This document shows positions 13,114-28,100 of a stretch of DNA of 64,000 nucleotides, piece by piece. Numbering within the stretch: position 1 is the first letter of the stretch; each line of letters opens with the position of its first letter. The stretch spans positions 4,712,001-4,776,000 of the forward strand of contig NC_092672.1 of assembly GCF_964355755.1 (NCBI RefSeq), given 5' to 3'. The DNA comes from Antedon mediterranea (lineage: Eukaryota > Animalia > Echinodermata). The position numbers were made by a program, and so were the translations under genes. The notes under the pieces were generated by a model, which was given only the letters and a program-made list of their open reading frames with translations, had not been told where the DNA came from and did no database searches.

Positions 13114-16100
13114 TTAGACATCTTGTCCTTTCTGGGCCATCTGGGCCTTCATTTGAGCCAACATTTCTTGCATTCGCCTCAACTGAAAAACAATAAAACA
13201 AATTATTTATTTAGCTTTAAAAAGTCCAAATCAGAAGAAAATCAGAAAAAGTGCTGAATTGACATATTCTTTATAAAATATAGAACAATAAAAAGATAAT
13301 CACAATTTACAAAGATATACATATATATATACATATATACATACATATATATATACATATATATTACTATTCAACACGCTGTTTCTATTGTTATATTTCT
13401 TTTATTCCTGTCCACCCAGGCAGTACTTGCCAACTCATATGCTATGACTTTATCCAAATTCCCTCACTTGCACTGATGAAGAGCTAGTGTTGCCCGAAAG
13501 CTCTGCTAACTTTTCTGGCTGTTTACTTTATCGTTTTGATTTAGCTTTTCGCTTTTTATTTTTGTATCTCCATTGAGATCCAGCCACTGATACCCACAGC
13601 ATTGTCATTTTTTTACATACTGTACATATATATCAAAAGTAAAATGAAAAAAAAAACAAACGCAATTGGGGTACAGTATACATGTTTAATATAATTACTT
13701 ACTACGATTTTCTAATAATTTCACCAAATAGAGGACAGGACTATTTTAAAATCTTTCAGTTTTTGTTACAGGAATTTTACATTTCCTTTTATTCTTAAGT
13801 TGCGTTGATAAAACATTTTTGGATTTTGGTAGCCAGTGATTAAAACGTTCATTCTTGCTTTCTTGTTTTGCAAAACGTATGCACAGGTTGGCCCTGTGTT
13901 GAGGAATGGTCTCTAAATGTAATTCTTCAAGTGCATGTTGGTAGTTATCATAGTTTTTGGTAAGAACAGAAAATGTAGCAGACCTTGGTCATAACAAAAA
14001 CGACTTGGAACCATCAGAATGTTAACATATATTCTGATATAAATTACATATTTCAAGGGTCTTTAACCCTACATTGTATGGAGGTCTGTAATCTTACTGT
14101 CTGAGTATGTGTATGATTTACCTTCGTGAATACAATAAACAAATTAAATTAAGTCATAACATTATACCATCAATCAAAAATTACCTGGTAAACTGTAAAA
14201 CTACACTAATATATGATAACTATATTTGTAGACGGAATTAGTTAAGTTTACCCTCTTGAGGGAACTCCATCTTGTGTGGTAGAATGCAAAATGATGTTTA
14301 TACACCACTACCAGTATTATAGGCTTAACACCCCTATCTACCTTGACCCCACAGCTAAAAAATCTTGACCCCTAACATTCCAGGAGGGTGTTAATAGTAC
14401 TGTTTATTCTTAATTCATCTGATTGCACCAGTACTGATTTAATGTACCTTTCGAAATGTCCACAAATATTTTAATATAATCAATAAATATTTTGCTCAGG
14501 GTTAAAAGATCGAGATCGAACAAACCGTACACCCACAGAAATACTGTATACAAACTATTATAAAAGTATGACATGAGAAGTAAAATGAATGGGTCAAATG
14601 GTGTGCCACCTTGATTATTATTATTTGATAGAATCACAATTAATGATAAAGAAATGTTGTTTTCATTTAAGCAATTTTACAAAATTGTTCTTTTTACATT
14701 TAGTATATATCTCCTAATTTTTATGTATGTTTGATTGCAAGTGCATGCAATTTCTTTGGATTGTTGGAGATAATAAAGTTTTCTTATGTCTTATTTTATC
14801 TTATTGATTAAAACAAATTATATATTTAAAGCAATTGATAAAGTGATTGGACCTGAGAATGAAGGCAGATATAGACCTGAAAAGATGAAAACAACATCTT
14901 GCCAAAGATAACCATAAGCGAATTTATTGATAATATTGTTCCCAAAGACTTTTAAATGGTGAACAAAAATTAAAATCAAAATTAAATATTTTAAATGATT
15001 AATTTGCATTCATATGCAACATACAAATGTCAAAACATTCTTGGAATTTCCATGCATTTTTTTTGACAAAGACATTTTCCACTTGTGTCAAAACGCCATT
15101 ATAAGCTATTATGAGAATGAAGTTGAATATTTCGCAATTTTCTATAGATACGTGAATTCTGGCACTACATCGTAACTACAAGAGGCTTTATACAGTACTT
15201 GAAGTTATATAAATAAGCGTAAAATGAAATTGAGTGATGTCGGCAGCAGCGACAGGTTTTCGTCGTCTGAGTCAATGACTTGTGGCCAACATATAACTTG
15301 CAATTTACACTGAACTTTGTTTCAACTCACTCAACAGATTTCTAAATTTGATTTATATTGGAAACTAACAAAACTGTGTTAGGCCTTCTGCTTGGGAATA
15401 GGCAAAGTGTTTTTTTTTTCTTTCGGAAGGTCCGCTGATTGGCATCGCTTCAAACTTATTAAATGTTTGTTTCCTTGAGTTTTATTCCTCTATTTCCTTA
15501 ACTCCCACTACCGACAAATAACTTTCCCTAATGTCAACAAGAATTTTACAATTTAATCTTATATAAAACAACTGCTAGAAGTTATAAAGTACTAAAGTTA
15601 TTCTTTGAATTGAATACCGTTGAAAAGTCAACTTAAAAAGTAAAGAAAATTTTTTAAGTAAGATAAAAATTGAGGTTGAAATACTCATTTGAACAATTTT
15701 GTTTATACTGTAGAAAGCAAAATGAAAAAAATTTTTTTTTTTTTTAATAAATTGATTTTTTGTATATACAGGTACAGGTACTAACCAAACTTAGTACAAA
15801 GTCACACAAAGCAATTGGGGACACTTTATTTACAAATCAAAATTAAGGTTTTTGTTGGACCAAAATTATTAGTAATAAAGCTAAAATAGTAATAAGTGTT
15901 ACACAGTATAGTGTAAAAATTCATTTTAGTTTATTGTCAGTATATATAAATATCTATGTATCTTTCACCATACTTGAAAAAAATTGATGGAAAATATATA
16001 TCTTAACAGTTTTAAGTTTGTAAATCTAATTTTAATTTTTTAGTTCTATTTTATCTTGTTTGTGTACTTTTTGTTTTGATATTTATATATATTTTATATA

Positions 16101-19100
16101 AGACATCATGTAATTGACAATCTCACTGTTTTATGTAAATAAAATAAACAGTTTGTTGAGACATTGCAGATTCAGTCATGCATGACTCATCAATGAAATA
16201 AATAGTAAAATATTAATTTTTGGAAGCGAGACAACAGATTCATAGAAAACTTTCAGCTTTTCTTCTAAAAACATTGCTTTTGAATGATGTTATTTATTAA
16301 GCTAATGTGCTATATGTCTGAATTTTTAAAGCTCAAAATATCAAATTCTGCTTATATAATGCGAACATTTTCACTTTCATAATTACCGAAATATAATTCC
16401 TAATTCGGTCACAAAGCACCCGACTAAGACCTGGATAGACCGAGTTATATAATTCAACGTCTACGTGACAATCATCACGTTGAGGGCTTTCATTACGAGT
16501 GTATGTATTGTATTGTTTGAGTACATTTTTAGCTTCACGCAAGTATGTGTGCAGAGTCGGTGCATGTTACTGATGGGAACAGGTGAATTAGATTTAAAGT
16601 TAAGGTGCTCCCGTGCCAAATTTGGTAAATAACCTGGAATTGTACAAAGTATTTCTTAATTGGTTCTAATTGACCTGCAAGATGTTAGGATGGTCTTACA
16701 TCCTTTAGAACAAATCAGACCACATTTTACATTGGAATGCCATTGCAGCACAGAAAGAGGAATTAATTAACACAAATATTTTACATATAAAATACAACAA
16801 AAACATCTTTTTATCCTTTCTCAAAGAATACAAACACATTTGTAGAAATATATATATTTTTTAATTTATTTTTATTAGGCAATATACTCAAAAGAATATT
16901 AACTGGAATCCTAATATTTAATGTTCAATGTAACTAATATATTATCTTTTTTGATCAAATTCCTTAGATACTTATTCATTAGTTGCCGCCATTTTGAAAT
17001 TACAAGAATCATAACTTTGGAAAAGAATTTGTACTAGAGAGGAATGAAAAAACGGAAAAAATAACAAACCAACAGGAAATTTCTGGGACACGTAAAGGTG
17101 TTAACTATTGAAATATTAAATCTAATCTGATTTACATAAACATAATAACGTTGAAAATATATAAAAATCCTCAAGAAAATTGTTACAATACATTTTCAAA
17201 ATTTTGATTGAAACATTTTGAAATGAAGTTTGACATTTTTGAGGTTGATTACCCTAAAGGGGTGAGTGTGTCCACGTCGGCAGCTGGGCCTGGTTATGGC
17301 CACCACTCGCATCTGCCTTTTTACGCAAATTTCAACTTGTGAAGAGGGCTGGTTTATGCTACAGCCTGTCAACTGGATATCCGGGATGGATCAACGGTAA
17401 ACACAGAATGTGTTAAGACATAGGTTATACAGAAGTCAGGGTTGATTAGCAAGGCACAAATCTATACATTTTATCTACGTACTAGCAAGGGTAATCAATG
17501 TGAAACATTATCATTCAAAATATCATTCAAATCATAGTGAATCAATATATATGTGCTGTTTGGTCCTCAGATGACCCATTACCCAAACATCATCAAATTT
17601 AAAAAGATGGCCTTCTATCTAAAGCTCTGTCTACACTATCAAAGTAGTTTAATAAAAAAATGTGATGTGTCCAAATATAGTAGTGACATCTATAGTAGTG
17701 ACATCATCAAGTTATTTTCAATCAATATCCCAATGATTTTAAAATTTCATCCAAACAGAAAAAAATTGTGTTAATAATAATATATAAAGCACACATATCC
17801 ACTAGAAGTGCTCAAGACGCTACCAAAGTTGACCGTTGTTGCTATTTATAAATTATAGACACTGCAACATTTACCCCCTCATCCGTATATATAATTCCAT
17901 CACGATATTATTATGACAATGATAATAATGAAAAGAACAATCTATTTTATTGTAGTATAAATCAGAATCATACAAGTAGGCTGGAAATTAAACCATGTAA
18001 CATCACAAGTTAAAATGCGTGTTTATGTTCAAAAACAGCGCTATATAATAGACACCTAATTTCAGACACTTTACATTCCAATTGGATTGACTCACAAGGA
18101 CAGACAGACCGACCAAAAAAAAAAAATACATGCCCAGTCTTTGACTTTGACCTTGCACATCTGTGTTGTAATAAATCAATTAACCTTTCAACTTATAAGT
18201 CTTACGAAACCTGAGTTGCCTTAAGATGTCCAAACGTAGGCGTGTGCAGAGAGTATTTCACTCGGATCAACGCATTCAATCGGGGGAAATCCACTATCGA
18301 GGACAATCCATGATCGAGGACATGGGCATTGACTAAATAACAATTGTGATGAGGTTTGCCCAGACACCTGCTGATAAATGTCTCTAGCACATAGGCTAAC
18401 CTTGGCCAACATAAAAACAGTACATGACATATTTATAAATAGAAAAATAAAGCACATAAAATGAACTGAATAAACAAGATTTGACAAAACCACATTGAAA
18501 AAAAAATTGGATTGAAATATTTGTGGTGGTATGGTTCACTTATCTAATGCCCCTTGACTTGTACAAAATAAATAAATGACAAATTAAAATTCCATATATT
18601 CTTTTTTTTAAGTAAACATGATGTTAATGAAGATAAACATTCGATTCTTCAAATTTTGAAATTGACGTTCTTTCTAAGAAAATTTAAATTTTATTCAAGA
18701 TGGCGACATTGCAAAATATTCAAATTCTTTTTTGGATTGTGTTGGGCAAGACGGGAAGATGTGCAACCTTCAAGTCTTTGGTGTGATATACATTGGTCAT
18801 TTTCCATCAAATTCTTTTTTCATTTTTTTATCACCCAAACAAACATACAGGTAAAGATCTGTCTACACTATCAAACTAGTTTGACCAAAAAAGGTAGCAA
18901 ACAGGTTAGTGATATTCCCAAATATGGTAGTGATATGACATCATGATGTCCATATATGTTTGATAGTATGGACAGAGCTTTAAAATGACCTACCTCTTCT
19001 TCCTTTTGCTGTAGGATTTGGTCCTTGTCTGAAGAACTTTCTTTTCGTTTACCAGCGCTATAGAACAACAAAAGACAACAAACCTTATTAATTATTTAAG

Positions 19101-22100
19101 TGGAATTCATAAAAATAGTATGTATTGTAATATTTCATTTAAACTTCATTCATAAATCAAGAGAATGGATCAATTAATGAAGATTTTAACAGAAATTTTT
19201 TTCCAAGGAAAATACGTATAACTTTTAGTATATTCAATCTAATTTAAAATGTTTACACTACCTGGTTTTAACAGCCGCAGCGCCTCCTCCACTTTTTGCT
19301 AATCTTTCGGAACGGAAGTTTTCGTAGTGAACCTCATGGGTCACCTCTTGTAAATCTTGCATATGAGTTCTATAGATAGTTAAATAATTTAGTTATTAAA
19401 TAAATAAAATATCATTGTCAAAAATTAAGCAAAAAACCTAATAATAATATGAAGCAAAAAACTATTCTAACAAACATACGGTAAACATTGTTCTTAAACA
19501 AGTGAGGGCGGTAAACCAGTTCACTGCTAGATGGTTTAAAAGCACAGATTTTATACTTGCTAACTAAACCAAGATAAACAGCTACAAGATCATAAAGACA
19601 GAAGTCTGCAGTTTGCAGCGTCGTCGGAACAAAAATGTAAACAAAATCCAGAACTTACATTAGCATGCTACGTAACATAATGAAATCACAATGATCAGGA
19701 TTCTCAACTGGAAAAGAAAAGATTAAAATTAAAACATGAAATTTACTAAAAAAATAAAAAATGATATTTTGTTACTTATTTCGATTGTAAAAAAAAAATG
19801 TAAAAGCAAAAATGATATGTTGCTTACCTTCTACAACTCCCCATGGATACAGCCGACCTCTGACCTTCTTTCCTTTCACTTCTATCAATTGGCTTGAACC
19901 ACATACTGCAAACGGTACACTTTGCTGAAAACAAACATTTGATGAGCCATGTGCTACTGAAGCAATTGTTGTTACACAACAATCCAGCAGGATTCGAACC
20001 AGCAGTTATACCACAGACCATTGGATTTTTAAGCAACTTACATTTTTCTCATAAATTATCTATTGTATAGTACTACAATATATTTTTACTGTTTCATACC
20101 ACTTTTCATACCTTGTTAGTATTGATTAAAGGCATTTGTAGCGTTGCATATATGACACCCCACTTTCACCTTATTTACACCTTGTTAGTATTGATTAAAG
20201 GCATTTGTAGCGTTGCATATATGACACCCCACTTTCACCTTATTTACACCTTTTTAGTATTGATTAAAGGCATTTGTAGCGTTGCATATATGACACCCCA
20301 CTTTCACCTTATTTACACCTTGTTAGTATTGATTAAAGGCATTTGTAGCGTTGCATACATGACACCCCACTTTCACCTTATTTACACCTTGTTAGTATTG
20401 ATTAAAGGCATTTGTAGCGTTGCATATATGACACCCCACTTTCACCTTATTTACACCTTGTTAGTATTGATTAAAGGCATTTGTAGCATTGCATATATGA
20501 CACCCCACTTTCACCTTATTTACACCTTGTTAGTATTGATTAAAGGCATTTGTAGCGTTGCATACATGACACCCCACTTTCACCTTATTTACACCTTGTT
20601 AGTATTGATTAAAGGCATTTGTAGCGTTGCATACATGACACCCCACTTTCACCTTATTTACACCTTGTTAGTATTGATTAAAGGCATTTGTAGCGTTGCA
20701 TATATGACACCCCACTTTCACCTTATTTACACCTTGTTAGTATTGATTAAAGGCATTTGTAGCGTTGCATATATGACACCCCACTTTCACCTTATTTACA
20801 CCTTGTTAGTATTGATTAAAGGCATTTGTAGCGTTGCATATATGACACCCCACTTTCACCTTATTTACACCTTGTTAGTATTGATTAAAGGCATTTGTAG
20901 CGTTGCATATATGACACCCCACTTTCACCTTATTTACAGTTAAGACATTATAAAAGTAAAGGAGAATCTCCCCTTTTACCCACAGGAAAGTGTTCCACCA
21001 GAGTTGCTGACTGGTCGTGGGCAACCCATATTGATTTTTTTATACTTATGTACATATTTCATTTCAATTTGTTTTTGTTCATGAATGTTGTCTGGTATGT
21101 GTGTACAGTACATGGAAATGGTATCCAAACTGACAAGCACCCGCTTCTTTTGGTACTATTGAACATTGTAATTGTGAATAAATAAAGTTCTAAACAATTG
21201 CAGTCTGAAAGCATGGCTAAGCGAATGTCAAATTGATAACACTTAGATCAGGTCAACCAGTTTTTCCGGCAATCAATTGATAAATAATATATTTCATTGA
21301 TTGGACGTTGTGTTTATTGATGTGTTCTGGCAGGTTTGGAACAGGTGGGGTACACATTCAACAAATAGACCAAATGATTTGTATTATTTCTGGCTTATCT
21401 CCAACATAAGTATTGAAATATAAAATGAATTTGACATAAACATTGATAAAATTATCTGGTATTTGAAAATGGTTACATTCATTGTGGCGTCGATAAAAAT
21501 AATTTTAAGAATGGTATGTTACTACTCACTTTTAATGAGTTGTTTTGCTCTTTGAAATCTTCATCTTCATCCGAGTCGCTGTCAGGAAGATGATAAACTT
21601 TGATGCCATTGTCATCAATTTCATTCATAATCTATTAAGTTTACAAAAACAGAAATGTCTTATCATTTTTATTGATGTAATTTATGGAATGTTGTAACAT
21701 TATACACTTTTATTAGTATCAACAACCTGCTACATTAGTGGCTACCTGTAAGTTTCTTGTGTTGCTTGTTGTTGTTGTTTTCTTCTCTTTGGGAACTTGT
21801 TTGTTTTTAATACAGTGGCCGTATGTAAGTGAGATATTTTCCTTAAATATTTTTCACTTAACGCAATAAATATTTAAGTATTTTCCTTAATATGTATTCA
21901 TTTAGATAGAATATTTGTTATTTTTATTTTAATGGTATGTGTTTCCCTTAGACTTAGAATGGTGAATGGATCCAAATAATGGTTTTTAAAATGTCTTAAT
22001 TATATCATATGTATTGTTATTGTGTCAATATTTAAATTAATAAATTAAATGGTGACACACCCATCAGTGATACTTATATATTGCAAAATTTTAAATACTT

Positions 22101-25100
22101 TAGGGCACAATGTTTCTTTAAACCGAGCATTATAGTATAACAATGCATACTTATTTGTATAATTGACAAGTCCATTTTAGCCACAACCAACTACAGTAGC
22201 CTAAAATCTTTTAAGTCGGTTTTATACACAGGACCCACAATTTAACATCTCACAAGTTTCATATAACATAATGGCGTTTAACCCATTATCACAATATCAT
22301 TACCTTAGCCTTCAGCATTTGTATCTCGCGTTTAGTGAGAGTGTCGGACTTTGCAATCACTGGCACAATGTTCACTTTGTTGTGAAGCGCCCTCATAAAC
22401 TCAACATCAAGTGGTTTCAATCTATGATAACAAAAATTACAATTGAAAGCAACTTTAATAAATAATTTTGTAAAAACTCTAATGCAATTATATAAAGTGT
22501 ATACTAAACCGCTGAGGATAATGGTGAAAGATATGGTTGATGAAGTTCCTGGAACATACTGATGCCACCAGAGAATCGGAACATAGTCTAGTCAAATCTA
22601 GTCAGAAGCGCATGCAAACTAAACGGATAACACATTAAATGTTTGTATGAAATATCTTAGCATGATTTTCATTTTCATAAAAAATATATATGAAAAGTCA
22701 CTACATAGTTCCAATAGACCGGTGTGTACCCTGACAATTTTCCAGGTAAATTCCAGCTGCAGAGGTCTTGTTAAATTCAGATAAAAATCAATTAAAAACC
22801 TATTAATAATTAATCTTATTTAACTGATCTATCCATGGAAATCCTCAGAACTTAACATTTAGCATCTAAAGCTCTGTCTACACTATCAAACTTTATGTGA
22901 CAAAAAAATGTGATGTGTCCATATGTCCGTCCATATATGGACATGGTGATGTCATATCACTATCATATTTAAGAATATCACTACCATATTAGGCACATCA
23001 AACTTTTTTGTCAAACTAGCACTCGCACACATTGATGTACAGTACTACTACTAGAGATGGATACTGGTATGCAGAGAGATGAACTGGCTGTCACAATGGC
23101 AGATAGAAAGTTATGGAGGAATGTAGTCAAGTTCGGGTATGTCCTGGACTAAGTAAGTAAGTTTGTGAGGTAGTGATATGACAACATCATGTCCATATAT
23201 GGGCACATCACATGTTTTTGTCTCATAAAGTTTGATAGTGTAGACAGAGCTTTATATTACAATAGCCTTACCCATGTCCTGTGGGTGAGATAAAATAGAA
23301 ACAACAATGTACTCGATTGTCCACTATGTGCCTTCTGTTCAAACCACTCTCATCGTTTAAGTACTTCTCATATTGGTCATCGATATATTTCAGGATAGGT
23401 TTGAAACTGCACAAAAAAAAAATTAGAAAAAAAGTATAAGGATAAAATATTAAGCTCTGTCTACACTATCAAACTTTATGAGACAAAAACATGTGATGTG
23501 CCCATATATGGACATGATGTTGTCATATCACTACCATATTTGGTTATATCACTACCATATTTGGGTACATCACACTTTTTTTGTCAAACTAGTTTGATAG
23601 TATTGACAGAGCTTAACACATTATGCTTGGTACTAGCTTGTCATATTGTTTTCTGAACACCCACCCATAAACATTAGGTTAAGTTCAGCACTTTATTTTA
23701 CCTAATTAGACCTTTTAAAATCATGGTTCTGCCACTCTTTTGAATACTACACTACACAGCCCGACAAAGAGGCCTATTTAAATCAAGACCAGTTTGAATG
23801 CACTTTTTTTTCCCTCTAAGTTTTCCTTTAAATTTTATATAAGTTTCTGAACAATCCCAGTATAACTTTGTTTTAAATTGCAATGCACCGAGCTGCAATG
23901 CGCCGAGCTGCAATGCGCCGAGCTGCAATGCGCCGAGCTGCAATGCGCCGAGCTGCAATGCGCCGAGCTGCAATGCGCCGAGCTGCAATGCGCCGAGCTG
24001 CAATGCGCCGAGCTGCAATGCGCCGAGCTGCAATGCGCCGAGCTGCAATGCACCGAGCTGCAATGCACCGAGCTGCAATGCACCAAGAGGTTTCGAGAGT
24101 GGCTTCATTTGAGATCATCGCCTTTCACTATTTAGTGGCATGAACAGCTTCTTGTGTCAGTTGACATAATACCTACCAATCTTGATTGTTAATGGCGTCA
24201 CCATATCCTGGTGTGTCTACCACTGTCAACCGAAGCCTTACTCCCCTCTCCTCTATTTCAACAGTTGATGCATCAATGCTTACAGTTTTGTCTATTTTAT
24301 CTACAATAAGAATACAGTAGAATGAACATTTAGGAACAGAAAATAGGCAACTAAACAATTAATACAGTAAAGTATCAGCAAAAGAAATCTCAGTAATGGA
24401 TGGCAACATCAACAAAAGCAAAGAGATCAGCATAACAGTTGCATAGTAAGCAACAGTACATAAGCAGCAGCAGCAGAAACAATGGTAGCAGCACAATAGT
24501 AGCAGCAAAACAAAAACAGGGGTAGCAGCAGCAACACAACAGTTGCATAAAAGCAGCAGCAACAATGGTAGCAGCACAATAGTAGCAGCAACACAAAAAC
24601 AGCGGTAGCAGCAGCAACACAACAGTTGCATAAAAGCAGCAGCAACAATGGTAACATCACAATAGTAGTAAAAGCACAAAAACAAAGCAGCAGCAACAAT
24701 ATGGTAGCAGCATAATATTAGCAGCAACACAAAAATAACAGTAGCAGCCCAGGAGTAACAAACACATGTGATATTTTTTGTTGGTCATGTTGTTTAATAT
24801 ATGAATAACTTTTAGTTACCTGCAGCACTTGGGATTTGTCTTTCTGGATATAAATCAGTAAGAAACAAACTGTTCACTAGAGTAGATTTACCAAGACCAG
24901 ACTCACCTGAAAAATATTATAAATGTAGGATAATCAGAGAGTTGGGATAATAATATGTAAAGTAACTGTAATGTGGATTTGTAGAAGGCATTTGATGGAA
25001 ATGTACAGTGTGGATTTAAGTATTGAAATTGTGAATTTTGCTGATATCATTATGTAAATTATAAGATGATAATTTAACTACAGTAAATGTGACAAGCCTT

Positions 25101-28100
25101 TGCTTTATTACAGGGGGAAAGTTAATTGTCGTGTTTTCCTGTCGACGTTATTCGACGCTATCGTTAACAATAATCGGCGATCTCTTACGTAAACATTGAA
25201 AATGTTAACGATTTACAGGAAAATGTACTCGCTATCGTTATCATTTCAACTTGATCGTTTTCAAACGATCGTCGTTGAACTTTTAACGCTCAACAACGAT
25301 AACGTCGACAGGAAAACAGGCTTTACTATGACTGACATACTGTACATACTTTTTAAAGCTCTATCTGCACTCCTACTAGTACTAATCTATCAAACTTTAT
25401 GTAAAAAAAAAAAGTGACGTGCCCATATATGAACATGATGTCATATCACTACCATATTTGTGCATATCACTACCATATTTGTGCATATCACTACCATATT
25501 TGCGCAAATCACTACCATATTTGGGAACATCAAACTAGTTCTGATAGTGTTGTCAGAGTAGTTTATATGTCATTAAAAGCAAGAAATTCCACCTTTAGCA
25601 AGATACGGGAGATCTACAGTAATTGGGGAAACTCCCGTAATTGGAAAACTCCCGCGATTATGAGGTCAAAGGTCAGTACTGATGTGTTGCATAAGTATAT
25701 CATAATTTGTATTAAATTTGTTTTACTTTTTTTCGAGAAAAAATAAAATAAAATCAAATTATTATAAATAATCCAAGTAAACCAACTATATTATCCCACA
25801 ATATCCTATCCGACTATATAATGCTGTAATTGTACCAAAGGGCAAATGGCAATTCCCTATTTACTAGTTGTAGTTTATTGAAAGATGATTCATAGACATA
25901 AGAGGAAATACGTCTTCACCACTTATAATAAACAGCTTTTTGTCATAAATGTAAATGGTAGGGGGTTACAGGTCATTTTTAATGTCGCATTCACTAAAAA
26001 AAAATCACATTAAAAAAATAATTATCATTGTAACCTCTTAATATACAGTATTACAGTACTACATTCTGAACTTTATTTGCTTCCTTTTTGATATATTTTG
26101 TTTGTAATTCATTGTAAAATGTAAATTTATTTTGTTTTACTGATTTGTGTACTCATTTGTACTGTACAGTATATACTGTAGTCTTAGTACCTAATAACAG
26201 TTATAATGTCAACACTCCTACCTTGTAGAATAACACCAACTTATGGTGAAACAAGCTATCCTGTTTAAATAAAGTTAATAATAGTAATAATCTGTTATAA
26301 AAATGATAATGTTCTTGATTAAACTTGTGTTTTCATAGTGTTTTAATAAATTCACTTCCAATAAAACTTTTTTGGTTTTTGGATAAAGTTTTAATAATTT
26401 ATGTTTCAAAAACAGTTCATACTGTAGATAGATATTTATTATTAAATGAATATCTTAATATAATAAATATGCTGTTTATCAAGTAATCGCATAACAATAA
26501 ATGTTATTTGTCAGTCACTTTTGTTTCTCGATCTCGATAATGCAGTTAATACTGTACCATCTATACAGTTTATTCTATCATAGAGTGAAATAATGATTCA
26601 ATTTCCAGTCATATCTTCATAATTGGCCATCATAACATATCAAATTTAAATCCATTCAACAACTTAATGGCCCATTATGAAAATATCAAATTCAAAATTA
26701 GCCATTTAAGAATATGAGTACCACTATGCTGTGTATGTTTACAGACATTACCCTCTGTATGTGGGCTGTATTATTTTGCCATGAGAAAAGAATTACTTTA
26801 TTTAATACTAAATTACACTACAGCAGTATTCCTCATTTTCAGATGTTGTAGTTCTTGTTTAGTTTATTTCACACAACATATTATACATTTGTAATGATAA
26901 TAAATATTTAATAATTATACATTTCATTGTGCGTGGAGAATTCAATATGCCATAATGGCTTTATTGTCTGAACCAGATAAAACAAGCAATAAATACAGTA
27001 TTTATACTTATTTTATTCAATCGAAACCAACAGCCATAATTACCGCCACTAACAGGTTTGATACAAACAAAGCCAGGACTGTTTAAAGCACCTTGATTGG
27101 TCCTGACATTGATCAGGGCTTCTCTCGTCCATTGCCCACCTTGACCAGAGGTCTGAGGCAGATACTAGATGCAGGGGCTGCCCTAAGAGTCAGCAGTGCT
27201 TATTTCAAATGCCTAGAGGGACCCCAGATCCGTATACAGCACCCGCTATTCCTAGATGGTCTCCCATCCAAGCTCTAACCAGGCCCAACATTGCTTAACT
27301 TTGGTGATCTGACGAGAACCGGTGTTTCAACGTGGTAAAGTCGTGATGAAGTAGTTAGTTTGCTATCAGACCCCTGGCCTACAAGTAATTTGTTTTGGCA
27401 CTGAATTAAACAGTGTAATCATCATTAATTAATAATATTCTAGTAGTGTATGGAGGATATACAGTATGCTAAAATATTGATCGATATTGAAACTATACCT
27501 AAATTTATGATGACTATCTCCTAACATAATTCAACGTCATAATCACATCTGGTTTCAGTTTAATTTTTTATATCAGTGACAACAGTCATATTGAAGGTTA
27601 AAGTTCTCTATGACATTTTTATGCATTTTTTATGCAATATAAAAATAAAAGAAAAAAAACACAATCTAGACTAAAATTACAAAAATGGAGGTTCAAATCA
27701 TTTTAAAATACAGGTCTAAACTACTGTGCCATTTGTAATAAGGTGTTATAGATCTCTGTATTATCAAACTAGTTTGACAAAAATATTTGTGCCCAAATAT
27801 GGTAGTGATATGACACCATCATATTGGCCATATATGGGCAAATCCCATTTTGTTGTCACATAAAGTTTGAAAGTGTAGACAGAGCTTTAGATTCCAATTA
27901 AATTCTAATTACCGCATCTACTTCACCAAGATATCTCATCTCATTGGCTTTTATTTAATTTGAAACACAAAATATTTCATTTTTTAATATATGAATTTAA
28001 TAATAATATGAATTATTATTTATTGATTTGATTCAAAATTTCATCTATGTGTATACAACAAAGCTTTGTTTATTTATGGTTCCTCAAGGAACATACAAAA

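Noticed and set aside
18221-18383. Alternative terminal septin exon in the 5.8-kb last intron
   Set aside because: In-frame AGs exist but the polypyrimidine tracts are weak and the peptides show no septin similarity; it needs RNA evidence.
20113-20943. 276-aa ORF of 23-aa hydrophobic repeats
   Set aside because: A stop-free frame of a 69-bp intronic minisatellite, with a non-ATG start, antisense to septin.
23752-24730. LGALQ/RRAAM/AHCSS and Cys/Leu/Ala-rich ORFs
   Set aside because: Translations of the 15-bp and CAG-rich tandem repeats.
27235-27344. Functional 5S rRNA gene
   Set aside because: Single, 5'-clipped, substituted copy with no oligo-T terminator.
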